DNA from: a virus | Lineage: Duplodnaviria; Caudoviricetes | Reading direction: 5' to 3' (one strand) | Virus record (IMG/VR): IMGVR_UViG_3300010011_000003 | Coordinates: 1-33,333 of that record | DNA length: 33,333 nucleotides | Shown: positions 18,796 to 26,473 of the stretch, one piece after another | Layout: every line of letters begins with the position of its first letter | How positions within the stretch are numbered: the first letter of the stretch is position 1 | The notes under the pieces: generated by a model | The model's database searches: none | Told to the model about the DNA's origin: nothing | The model's input: only the letters and a program-made list of their open reading frames with translations | Program-made: the position numbers and the translations under genes

Positions 18796-18968
18796 TTTTC
18801 AGACTCCGCTTTCTCGCAGACGACGCGCGTAAGCAACGGCAAGAGGATCGCGAGCACGTCAATAATCTCGCGAGCGATTTTGAAGGCGTCAATCGGTCCG
18901 ATCTTGCCGTCTTCAAGCGAGTCCTCGATTGCCTTGCGAACGTCCGTAATTTCCTTGATGAGATCCAT
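18792..18968 (-). CDS. 58-aa first gene of the late operon (not in ORF track)
   Basis: MDLIKEITDVRKAIEDSLEDGKIGPIDAFKIAREIIDVLAILLPLL..; GAAGGGG RBS; ATGA overlap with the next gene. Confidence 0.7.
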   Translation of the reverse strand: MDLIKEITDVRKAIEDSLEDGKIGPIDAFKIAREIIDVLAILLPLLTRVVCEKAESEK

Positions 18969-19007
18969 TGCCCTGCCCCTTCGATTAATTGCCCAGCTTC
19001 CACCGTT

Positions 19008-19073
19008 ATTGTAGCCTCGCGCGCAACTGTGTCAATAGGTTGTAGGACAAGTGACGCTGACCACAACCTATTG
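19008..19073 (-). promoter_or_regulatory. Putative late promoter with overlapping 11-bp inverted repeat
   Basis: TTGACA (19030-35), 16 bp, TACAAT (19008-13). CAATAGGTTGT (19033-43) and ACAACCTATTG (19063-73) form the inverted repeat. Confidence 0.6.
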
Positions 19074-19161
19074 TATCCGAGTCCGCAATGGGTCCCCCGG
19101 ACGGCACCATTCGCGCGAAATCGAGCATGGTTGGGGACGCGGTTAATAGAGGAGATTTTCT

Positions 19162-19230
19162 ACCCCCCTCGGGGGGGGGTGTAGCATTTTGCTACAGTCG
19201 GCGTAGAAACTGATCAATTTTGCTACACCC
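19162..19230. repeat. Palindrome and repeat cluster (possible cos/packaging or protein-binding site)
   Basis: ACCCCCCTCGGGGGGGGGT; TGTAGCATTTTGCTACA; ATTTTGCTACA twice (19186, 19217); GGGTGTAGCA/TGCTACACCC inverted pair. Confidence 0.7.
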
Positions 19231-19240
19231 GATCGCAGGG

Positions 19241-19915
19241 TTAGGCATTCCGCCAACGCCAATAGACAAAATTATCCAGCGAACCCAGGTGCGCGAACTG
19301 CGGATCAAAGAGCGTGCACAAGCGCACGCTACGATACGATCCTTGGAGTTCTGCTACTTTGTCGTAATGACTTAGATAAGGAAGTTCGTTGGCGACGACG
19401 TAGGCCCAAACGTCCATCCAGGACCATGTCGCCAATGGCCACGATTCGTCCATAACAATGGTCTCATGTCTCTTGATCCGCCGCTTGCGGTTGCAACTCT
19501 CTTCGGCACGTAAGCCAACGAATGCGCGCCGATAACCACGACCCTTCAGTCGCGGAACGACGCGGCCAATAAATTCCGGCGCGAACACCGCCCAATCCGG
19601 ACGACCAGCTTCGTATTGTTCCGACGTGTAGATTTCCAAATTGACCGCACCCATTGCGATTGCATTTTGGACAATTTCATTCTCGATCTCACGCGGCATG
19701 AAGCCCGGACCATAATCCCAGTGGACGACCAGAATCTTCGGCGCTTGCTGCAAGACAAGGTGGAGCAGCACCATCGAGTCCTTGCCGCCGGAATAGGAGA
19801 CGTAACACCGCGCCTTCAACGCTTTGGCTATCTCGACACGCGACTGCTCCACCTTGGCGACATGCTCAGGCAGCCGCGCGTAAGCCATGAATGTCTCGCG
19901 CCATTCGTCCTTCAT
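19241..19915 (-). CDS. cysH: CysH-like (PAPS reductase family) protein of the type IV-B locus
   Basis: PP-loop SYSGGKDS, GLRAEES..R, PLATWSWMDVWAY. ATG 19915 overlaps the csf3 stop. Confidence 0.88.
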   Translation of the reverse strand: MKDEWRETFMAYARLPEHVAKVEQSRVEIAKALKARCYVSYSGGKDSMVLLHLVLQQAPKILVVHWDYGPGFMPREIENEIVQNAIAMGAVNLEIYTSEQYEAGRPDWAVFAPEFIGRVVPRLKGRGYRRAFVGLRAEESCNRKRRIKRHETIVMDESWPLATWSWMDVWAYVVANELPYLSHYDKVAELQGSYRSVRLCTLFDPQFAHLGSLDNFVYWRWRNA

Positions 19916-20559
19916 TTCAGCTTGACCTTCGCTCCTGGAGGAACGCACATGGCTACGTTCTGCGCCGCCCAAAATGGCGGCTTCCAAGCCAGCGGATAGG
20001 CGCACTCGTATTCGCGCGCAGCCTCCACAGGAATCGGCCGCATAGCCACGCCGTCGCGCGTGATCGACCAGTCGTGATCGATCTGCTCGATCCGCATTTG
20101 TTTGATTAGCCCCCAGCCCATGCGAATGTTGTCGCCAAGGTGGGTCAAATCAGCGAAGAGTTCTTCGAGGAGGTCTTTTCGACCATGCGCGTAGAACGTG
20201 ACTCGCAGTGACGGATTGTACACCCCGGCCAGTCGCCAGGCGCGAAAGTAGCCCGACGCGATGTCGAGCTTGCCGCGAGACATGAGATCAGGTTCTGGCC
20301 GCTTGACGTAATTCACCGCGCGATAATCTTCCTCCTCGAAAACGCCGATACTCGCGCACGGAATTCCGTTCTTGAGCGTGATCGTTCGCTTAAACTGCTT
20401 CTCGTCAATCGGCGTCGGCGTCTTGCTGTCGAATTGATTTGGATCGTTGGCGCGATGCCAGATCAAATGGCCGACGATTCCGTCCAAGTGAATCCAGCGG
20501 TGATTCAGCATGAGCGGAAACGCGAGATCGAATGTGATCTTCAGCGGCTTCGCCTTCAT
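19912..20559 (-). CDS. csf3: Type IV CRISPR-associated Csf3 (Cas5 group)
   Basis: IHLDGIV, SG.FRAW, VTFYAHG, LTHLG..MGWG.I Gly loop, MRPIP, WKPPFW. Confidence 0.85.
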   Translation of the reverse strand: MKAKPLKITFDLAFPLMLNHRWIHLDGIVGHLIWHRANDPNQFDSKTPTPIDEKQFKRTITLKNGIPCASIGVFEEEDYRAVNYVKRPEPDLMSRGKLDIASGYFRAWRLAGVYNPSLRVTFYAHGRKDLLEELFADLTHLGDNIRMGWGLIKQMRIEQIDHDWSITRDGVAMRPIPVEAAREYECAYPLAWKPPFWAAQNVAMCVPPGAKVKLK

Positions 20560-21356
20560 GCGATCTCCTTGATCAGGTCCTTGATTGCCTCCGCGCTCGC
20601 CGTCATATGCTCGACGTATGGCGAATCGTCAGGAACCTCCTGGTATTGCGGGTCGATTTCGCCGAAGCCTGAGGCCGAGCGCGCACCAATGAATGGCTTC
20701 TCACGCCACAGCTTGATCGCACGACCAATCGTCGCCACGGCCATGGCGTCTCGGTCGTTGACCTGGAAGTAGTGCCATAAGGTCGTTCCAGCCAGGAGGA
20801 CCTCAAAGTCCACCTTCATTTGGACGGCCTGATCGTCTTCTTCTCGCTCGCGGACTTCATCGCGGCGCGTGATGAACTCCTGACCGATCAACTCGCGAAT
20901 CGGCAGGAACTCGCCTTGCAACTCCGGCATGAGAACGCCAACCGTCTCCTGCGCGATCGGCACCGCATGACCGACGATCAGTTGGCCAGCAATAATCTGG
21001 TTGCCAATCGAGCAGCCCAGCAGGCGAATCAACGGAATGGTGTCGCGAAGCCGCGTCTTCATGTCGAGATCAATGCGGCCAGTCGATTCACCAAGTTCGA
21101 GGACGCCCCCGCTGGCCAGAATGTGCACCGCCTTCTTTGGCAACTCCTGAATGCCGCAGAGTTCGATCATGTCGCGAACGAGTAGACGGCGAATGACCCC
21201 GCGAATGGCATTGCCAGAAATGTACGGAATGCGAACACGCCGGCTGTCGCGCACGATCGTCACCGCGCGAAGCATGGGTGTCGATCCTGTCTTTTCGTCA
21301 CCGCCGTGGTGGAGTGCGCTCAAGACTCTGATTCGTCCTTCGATTCGCTTTGCCAC
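20556..21356 (-). CDS. csf2: Type IV CRISPR-associated Csf2 (Cas7 group)
   Basis: LSALHHG, IPYISGNAIRGVIRR, SGG.L, PLIRLLG, GQL.VG, IGARSASGFG. Confidence 0.9.
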   Translation of the reverse strand: MAKRIEGRIRVLSALHHGGDEKTGSTPMLRAVTIVRDSRRVRIPYISGNAIRGVIRRLLVRDMIELCGIQELPKKAVHILASGGVLELGESTGRIDLDMKTRLRDTIPLIRLLGCSIGNQIIAGQLIVGHAVPIAQETVGVLMPELQGEFLPIRELIGQEFITRRDEVREREEDDQAVQMKVDFEVLLAGTTLWHYFQVNDRDAMAVATIGRAIKLWREKPFIGARSASGFGEIDPQYQEVPDDSPYVEHMTASAEAIKDLIKEIA

Positions 21357-21685
21357 TGCTTTCTCCTTTCTGAGTATGAGACGGTACCAACGTGAATGTG
21401 ACGCGAGAGAATATAATCCAAGACCTCTTCGCGCTGAGCTTCAAGCTTCTCAATGAGTGGAATGCCCTTTTCCGGAATGCTCTGCAGCCCAAAGTAATTG
21501 CAGAGCTTTGAGACGAATTCCGCCACGTCGCGACATGAGCACGCGGCGCGAATTCTATGGTTCCACACGTCAACTGGATTGCGGAGCCGCAGCTTCTTCC
21601 AGTTGACGCGACCGGCGATGATTGCCAGCAGCTCGATCACGTCGCCAATAAATGGCAACGGCGAGTTTCCAATCGAGTCGGCCAT
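21320..21685 (-). CDS. cas11: Cas11-like small helical subunit
   Basis: Small alpha-helical ORF between csf1 and csf2; AGGAG RBS before ATG 21685; assignment mainly from synteny. Confidence 0.6.
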   Translation of the reverse strand: MADSIGNSPLPFIGDVIELLAIIAGRVNWKKLRLRNPVDVWNHRIRAACSCRDVAEFVSKLCNYFGLQSIPEKGIPLIEKLEAQREEVLDYILSRHIHVGTVSYSERRKQWQSESKDESES

Positions 21686-22262
21686 GGTATTTCTCCTGAA
21701 CTTGATCCAGAAAATCAGGCGACAATTTCTGATAACTTTTTGCTCCAAACGTGGCTTCCTGGACTTCCGACTTTGGAAGCACGAGCAGCTGCTCGATCAT
21801 GCTAGCCATTGTCTTCGTCTCGCGCCGTTCCAGGAAGACTGGCTTATCACAAAGATCGGTGTAGACGTAAATGCCGTTCATGTTTGGAGTTGTGACTGCG
21901 AACGGCCACGCGAGCCACGTGTGCTTTTGACCGCTGAACGTGAGTTGGACGCCTGTTGGCTCGTCACACTGGTCGATCAGCTTGCGGACCTTGTCCATGC
22001 CGTCGGTCTCGGCGTTGATCCAGGTGATTGCGCTGCGCGTCACGATCCAGGAGCGATTTCTGAATGGCTTGTGTTCGAGCGCCGCAAGGCAGCTCACGCA
22101 GAATCCGTCGCCATTGCGGAGTTGATAGGCACTGAGAAATGTCTTCGAGTCGCGCTCCATGCCGACGGTATGTCGGCCACACACGCGGCATGTGACAACT
22201 GTGCCGCAGTTGATCGGCTCGGAGTGATTGAACAGAAGATCACTAATCGTCAATGTATGCAT
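21570..22262 (-). CDS. csf1: Type IV Csf1 (Cas8-like) subunit
   Basis: Zn finger CRVCG..FCVSC, SGQKH.W; first gene of the csf cluster. Confidence 0.75.
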   Translation of the reverse strand: MHTLTISDLLFNHSEPINCGTVVTCRVCGRHTVGMERDSKTFLSAYQLRNGDGFCVSCLAALEHKPFRNRSWIVTRSAITWINAETDGMDKVRKLIDQCDEPTGVQLTFSGQKHTWLAWPFAVTTPNMNGIYVYTDLCDKPVFLERRETKTMASMIEQLLVLPKSEVQEATFGAKSYQKLSPDFLDQVQEKYHGRLDWKLAVAIYWRRDRAAGNHRRSRQLEEAAAPQSS

Positions 22263-22639
22263 TGCAACCTCACTGCGAGTTTTCCTCCTTCTATTGGTGA
22301 TAGCCTGCTGATCGACAGTCTGCTGATCTGCGAGTCGTCGTCGAAGACGCCTGCATGTTGCAGCGCGTCAAGCAGCGGCTTGAGCAGGTTATCTAGATCG
22401 CGCCGGCGTCGATCCGGCGGAAAGGCGGCGATTTCGAGTTCCAGTTCGGCATTGCCAAATGTGACGGCGTGGCCAGACTTGCATGTTAGCTGCCACACTA
22501 AGCCGTCCACGGCTTCGCGATAGCGTCGGCCTTCGCGCGAGAGGACCATGCGTCCGTAGACGTTCCGCCAATACCTGTTGGCCGTCGGTGGCCAGGGCAG
22601 GTCGAGCGTGATTATCTGCTGACGTTGCGGATCAATCAT
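22250..22639 (-). CDS. rusA: RusA Holliday junction resolvase
   Basis: LPWPPTANRYWR, PPDRRRRDLDNLLKPLLDAL, DDSQI. Confidence 0.95.
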   Translation of the reverse strand: MIDPQRQQIITLDLPWPPTANRYWRNVYGRMVLSREGRRYREAVDGLVWQLTCKSGHAVTFGNAELELEIAAFPPDRRRRDLDNLLKPLLDALQHAGVFDDDSQISRLSISRLSPIEGGKLAVRLQCIH

Positions 22640-23282
22640 CGAGAATCCTTTCCACGTCCGTTTTGGCCTCAAGTTCCGCTACCAGCTGCTTAACGTCCCT
22701 GTCTTCACGATCCCAGCCGATCAGTGGCGTCGGTGTCAGCTTTCCGTTGCACCGCACAAGACACGGCCTGTCTTCCTTGCGGTGAAAGCCCATTAGGCGG
22801 TTCTGGCGCTCAAATTCGCCCACCATCGGCATACCGGCTTCCGGCGAAACCCCGGTTCGGCGATAGCTCGCGTACGTTGTTAAAAACTCCTTACGGAGCC
22901 ATTTTTCCTCATCCCCGCAGCAGCGTTCGCAGAACCGTTGCCAGCCGCCCAGACTTCGGATGGTGGCGGTAATGGCCGGGTCCTCAAACTGGACGCTGCC
23001 ATACCAGCCGACGGACGCCACCGCCCGCGTGGCGATCTCCCACGCGATCAAGGCGGCATCCTCCGGCTTGGCGTCCCCGGCCAGTTCCCGAAGTTCCGCC
23101 GGAGCCGGCATGAATTTGCAGGTCCGCAGGGCCGTTTGCGTAGCCTGCTTGACGTCCTCCAGCGCCATCCCGGAAAGCCCGATCAGGTACCCCTGCAACA
23201 TGGCGGGGGTCACCTGCCTCTGGAAGGTGCTTGCCAGCACGCTGACCAGGAAGGTCACTTGCTCTTGCCAATCCTCGTTCAC
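22632..23282 (-). CDS. Replication-associated protein (DUF6475 / helicase-loader-like)
   Basis: CKFMPAPAEL, A..AW, VG.YGSV.F.DP.I..I..LGGW; coupled to the initiator. Confidence 0.65.
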   Translation of the reverse strand: MNEDWQEQVTFLVSVLASTFQRQVTPAMLQGYLIGLSGMALEDVKQATQTALRTCKFMPAPAELRELAGDAKPEDAALIAWEIATRAVASVGWYGSVQFEDPAITATIRSLGGWQRFCERCCGDEEKWLRKEFLTTYASYRRTGVSPEAGMPMVGEFERQNRLMGFHRKEDRPCLVRCNGKLTPTPLIGWDREDRDVKQLVAELEAKTDVERILDD

Positions 23283-24241
23283 AACGTTGGACCTCCTTTC
23301 TGCCGTTTCGCGTCGAGAAAGGCCCTTGCTACGGCCAGATTGCGGTCCTCAAGACCAGGAAGCCTTGTTGACCCGTTTCCGTTGATTCTAGGGCCATTTT
23401 TGTCGACGCAACGGGCCATCCAGTTGAACAGGAACCGCGACATCCCTTTGGCGGTTTTCCGCTTGCCGGGATTGGCCACAAGCCAAGCGTAGGCCTTGCG
23501 AAGCTCCGCATCGATGTCGATGGTTTGGAACGCTTCCTTGAGAGTCCCATAGACCGTGCCGGTGATCTTCCACTCTTTGATCGGCCCATCACATGGGAAT
23601 GTGAGGCGTGCAACGTCCTCTGGCACTCCAGACTGGTCGAGAGACTCCGCCGGAGACGGCGGCGAGTCGGCTTGTCCGATCTCGCCGCATGAAAGCTCCG
23701 AGCACTCTAACTCTTTCAATTTCCCACAACCGAGAGGATCTAGCGAAGGTTTAGATTCTTCACTAGAAGTAGATTCTCCAGTTGTTGAAATTGAAGATGA
23801 AGATGAAATTGAAAATGAAATACCCGACTTTTGCTTGCGTTTTGCTTGGGCCTTTGCTTGCGTTTTGCTTAAATTTTGCTTAAGCAAACGTTGCTCGACG
23901 CCCTTTCGCCCAGCCTCAGAGCGGATCTGGCGGATGTGCTCGTCACGCACCATCCTTCTGGAGTAGATCACGCCGTGCTCAGTGCAGGAAAACACCCCGG
24001 CGTCTTCAAGCTCCTGCAACAGCCGGGAAACCTCGTCGGTTGAGCACCCGGTCATACGAGCGAGTTGCTCAGCGGTCACGGGCTTGCCGGAAACGTGTTG
24101 GAGGTAGCCCCGGCGGGGTGATTCGTGCATCAGGCAGAGCATGTCGATCCAGAGCCCTCGGGCTGCCAAACTCACGGCTCTGATGGCTGGATCCTTCAGC
24201 CAATCGCCGGGATAAAACATCATCGCAGGCAACTTGGGCAT
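23279..24241 (-). CDS. Phage replication initiator protein
   Basis: PAMMFYPGDWL.D..VSLAARGLWIDMLCLM winged-helix N-domain, low-complexity centre with iterons, RFLFNW C-domain. Confidence 0.8.
   Translation of the reverse strand: MPKLPAMMFYPGDWLKDPAIRAVSLAARGLWIDMLCLMHESPRRGYLQHVSGKPVTAEQLARMTGCSTDEVSRLLQELEDAGVFSCTEHGVIYSRRMVRDEHIRQIRSEAGRKGVEQRLLKQNLSKTQAKAQAKRKQKSGISFSISSSSSISTTGESTSSEESKPSLDPLGCGKLKELECSELSCGEIGQADSPPSPAESLDQSGVPEDVARLTFPCDGPIKEWKITGTVYGTLKEAFQTIDIDAELRKAYAWLVANPGKRKTAKGMSRFLFNWMARCVDKNGPRINGNGSTRLPGLEDRNLAVARAFLDAKRQKGGPTL
23781..23888. repeat. Putative replication origin (iterons plus AT-rich tract)
   Basis: Five TTTGCTT copies at 11-12 bp spacing (23829-23881) ending in the palindrome TTTGCTTAAGCAAA; adjacent TGAA(A/G) hexamer run at 23781-23820. 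Confidence 0.7.
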
Positions 24242-24281
24242 CCTTCATCTCCATCTTCTGTCGCGGGACCGTCCCGCGAAG

Positions 24282-24346
24282 TCCAGGCCCGGGAGTCGAA
24301 CCCGGCAGGCCGCCGCGAACAGCGACCCTGCGCCGCCGCGCCTGGA
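24282..24346 (-). ncRNA. tRNA-like element (acceptor-like stem plus T arm, no D arm)
   Basis: TCCAGGC/GCCTGGA 7-bp stem; CCGGG-TTCGACT-CCCGG; inner GGTCGCTG-TTCG-CGGCGGCC hairpin. Confidence 0.55.
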
Positions 24347-24353
24347 AGGCCGA

Positions 24354-24596
24354 TTAAAACTCGCCGCTCCAAAAGAGGTCCCCGTGGTAGATCAGGTCGT
24401 GCAAGAAGGCCTTGTCCCTCTGGTAGTACGGCAACAGGGCCTTCTTCTCTCCAGAGCATTCATGGCAGTAGAGGTGAAACCGTCCGTCCTCGTCATCGAT
24501 CTTCTCCACGGGGAACGGGATGAACTCGCCGCAGATTTCGCAATGACGCCTGCGACCGTGACGTGATCCTACTGGTCCTTGCTCTGTTCCACTCAT
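24354..24596 (-). CDS. Small Zn-finger protein
   Basis: CEICG..YCHEC; GGAG RBS. Confidence 0.6.
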   Translation of the reverse strand: MSGTEQGPVGSRHGRRRHCEICGEFIPFPVEKIDDEDGRFHLYCHECSGEKKALLPYYQRDKAFLHDLIYHGDLFWSGEF

Positions 24597-24724
24597 CGCT
24601 AGTGTCTCCGTTCATCTGGTCTCTATTGCTTCATCCTTATTCGCTCATCCGTTCGCCGGACCGCCCGGCGATTCCCACCTCCGGGGCTTGCACCCGGACG
24701 CCGCTAGCGGTGGTGTCGAGCACT

Positions 24725-24928
24725 TCAAAACAATGTCGGTCTCCGAATTTCCTCCAGGAGCTTGTCCACCTTTTTCTCCGCCCGTTTGGACGCATCCAGG
24801 GCCGTCTGGCTCTTCGTCCGAAAATACTCGATTTGGCAATGCCGCATTTCAGCCACCGCTTCCATCAGTCGATCCAGGTCAGCGCGCAGCCGCTGGACCT
24901 CCGTTAAATCAGCCGTGTTTTGTGCCAT
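24725..24928 (-). CDS. Hypothetical helical protein (67 aa)
   Basis: V.EMR..Q.EYFRTKS..AL..SK..EK.VD; co-oriented with neighbours. Confidence 0.65.
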   Translation of the reverse strand: MAQNTADLTEVQRLRADLDRLMEAVAEMRHCQIEYFRTKSQTALDASKRAEKKVDKLLEEIRRPTLF

Positions 24929-25235
24929 TTCTCTTCACCGCTCTCCATGTCGTCACCACACGCAAGCCATCCTCGAACTCCACCAGGATATTCCGCGGCC
25001 CTGGCCCAGTAGATCGTTTGACGATCCGACACTTGGCCCCATATCGTTCTGGCAATCGCCGCTTGAACCGCCAAACGTACCTGAATTCGGCGAATTCCTC
25101 GCACTCGCTCCCCGGAAGTGCAAACTCTGGGTTCCCACACGCCGGGCAAGGCGAGTCTTCAGTCGGATAACGCCGATAACATCGCGTACAAACACGGTAG
25201 GCTGGTCGTTCTTTATCGTCACTGTTTGCGTTCAT
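24909..25235 (-). CDS. Hypothetical protein with Zn ribbon and small beta domain
   Basis: CTRC..CPACG; ATGA-coupled. Confidence 0.6.
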   Translation of the reverse strand: MNANSDDKERPAYRVCTRCYRRYPTEDSPCPACGNPEFALPGSECEEFAEFRYVWRFKRRLPERYGAKCRIVKRSTGPGPRNILVEFEDGLRVVTTWRAVKRNGTKHG

Positions 25236-25450
25236 TGTTGGGCGAGGGGCAGCTCGGGTGGCATTCGTTGCGTGACAACCGTTCTCGGCTCACTCGGTAA
25301 GAGCCATAGGTAGGTGGCGTCTTCCTGATAGTGATAACCCATGTATGGAGCAATCGCTTTGAGAACGGCCAATGCGTTCATGTCAAGGTGAAATTCGTAC
25401 AGTCCCAAGACGTTGACTTGATCTTTTACTAATTGCACAGGACGTAACAT
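25232..25450 (-). CDS. Hypothetical protein (72 aa)
   Basis: GAGGAGG RBS. Confidence 0.6.
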   Translation of the reverse strand: MLRPVQLVKDQVNVLGLYEFHLDMNALAVLKAIAPYMGYHYQEDATYLWLLPSEPRTVVTQRMPPELPLAQQ

Positions 25451-25507
25451 GCTTAGTCCTCCTCTAAACGCTGGGCGAATGTCGAGAATTGCACCATGGA
25501 AACGGTT

Positions 25508-25765
25508 TTACTCATCTCTTCGCCTCCATTTTCCTGACATGTCTCCAGGATTATCGTCGCAGACACTATCCGCGTCCGATTCGTCGCCGTAGTCGTCCTC
25601 TAAAGGGTCATCCGGGGGATGGCCGGTACGCTCTATTTTCGGCGGCTTCCCGATGCACCGCGCGCAATAATAACCGCGAGTATCTCGGCCGCATGACATG
25701 CAGCAGCGAATCCCATTCGCGTCGGCGTCAGTCGTCTTCTCGAATCTCTTCTCTCCTCGATTCAT
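25508..25765 (-). CDS. Small Zn-finger protein with acidic tail
   Basis: CMSCG..YCARC; GAGGAG RBS. Confidence 0.55.
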   Translation of the reverse strand: MNRGEKRFEKTTDADANGIRCCMSCGRDTRGYYCARCIGKPPKIERTGHPPDDPLEDDYGDESDADSVCDDNPGDMSGKWRRRDE

Positions 25766-25814
25766 CGTTCTCCTCAGTACCTCTTTTGCTATTCCGCATA
25801 ATCTCGTCTCCTCC

Positions 25815-26090
25815 TCACCATAACCTCAGTCTTGGCCGGTATAACGTGGCGTCTTTGACCGGGTAGCTTTGATCCAGGCAGTCGAAGAGCCGATCCACAA
25901 CCTCCAGCAGAAGATCAGACGCTGGAATCGTGAAGATTCCCATGGCCCACGCCCAGATCAGCTCGCGTCCTTCCCACGTGCGTAAGTCGTCATAAGGCAG
26001 AACCAACGCAAATTCGTACTTTGGCGTGACGAGCGTCACTTTGGCTCGCTTCTCTCCGTCTTGGTAGAAGACGCTGATTGAGTAGTGCAT
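25815..26090 (-). CDS. Hypothetical protein (91 aa)
   Basis: AGGAGG RBS inside the 3' end of csrA. Confidence 0.6.
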   Translation of the reverse strand: MHYSISVFYQDGEKRAKVTLVTPKYEFALVLPYDDLRTWEGRELIWAWAMGIFTIPASDLLLEVVDRLFDCLDQSYPVKDATLYRPRLRLW

Positions 26091-26245
26091 AGCCCAGCCT
26101 CCTGCAATTCTTCGCGTAGAATCTTCACGTCCTTCGGAGCCTCGACCCCAAGACGCACAGAACCGGTCTTGGTCTGGCAGACCGTGATCACGATACCGTT
26201 CGAAAACAAAAGCTTTTGACCGTCCTTCCGTGTGAGTACAAGCAT
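26036..26245 (-). CDS. csrA: CsrA/RsmA-family RNA-binding regulator
   Basis: MLVLTRK.G..I.ITV..VRLGVEAPKDVKILREEL. Confidence 0.93.
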   Translation of the reverse strand: MLVLTRKDGQKLLFSNGIVITVCQTKTGSVRLGVEAPKDVKILREELQEAGLCTTQSASSTKTERSEPK

Positions 26246-26260
26246 TCCTAACTCCTTTGT

Positions 26261-26473
26261 CTACCGAATCCTTCGTCCAAAACGCCTCCAGTATTCCTCC
26301 TCAGCGCGATCGTCGTAGCCTTCTTCGTAGGCCTTGTTGAAGGCCTCTTCGACACACGTTTCGCATGGCTCGACCCAAACTGTCTCGTCAGGCAGGATCA
26401 CCGCCTGTAGCTCGTTCTGACACCGCGAACAGATTGCCGGAATCCTTTTCTCCTTCACCATTGGACTTTCCAT
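26261..26473 (-). CDS. Small Zn-ribbon protein
   Basis: CSRC..VEPCETC..AYEEGY. Confidence 0.6.
   Translation of the reverse strand: MESPMVKEKRIPAICSRCQNELQAVILPDETVWVEPCETCVEEAFNKAYEEGYDDRAEEEYWRRFGRRIR

Noticed and set aside
19186-19227. Bona fide CRISPR array
   Set aside because: Only two 11-bp repeats; no array of 23-50 bp repeats was seen anywhere in the window.
19241-19915. cysH as a sulfate-assimilation auxiliary metabolic gene
   Set aside because: Lacks the C-terminal ECG(L/I)H motif of true PAPS/APS reductases and is coupled to csf3.
21498-22523. 341-aa plus-strand ORF
   Set aside because: Antisense shadow of csf1 and rusA.
24282-24346. Canonical tRNA gene
   Set aside because: No D arm or 7-nt anticodon loop; kept only as a tRNA-like element.
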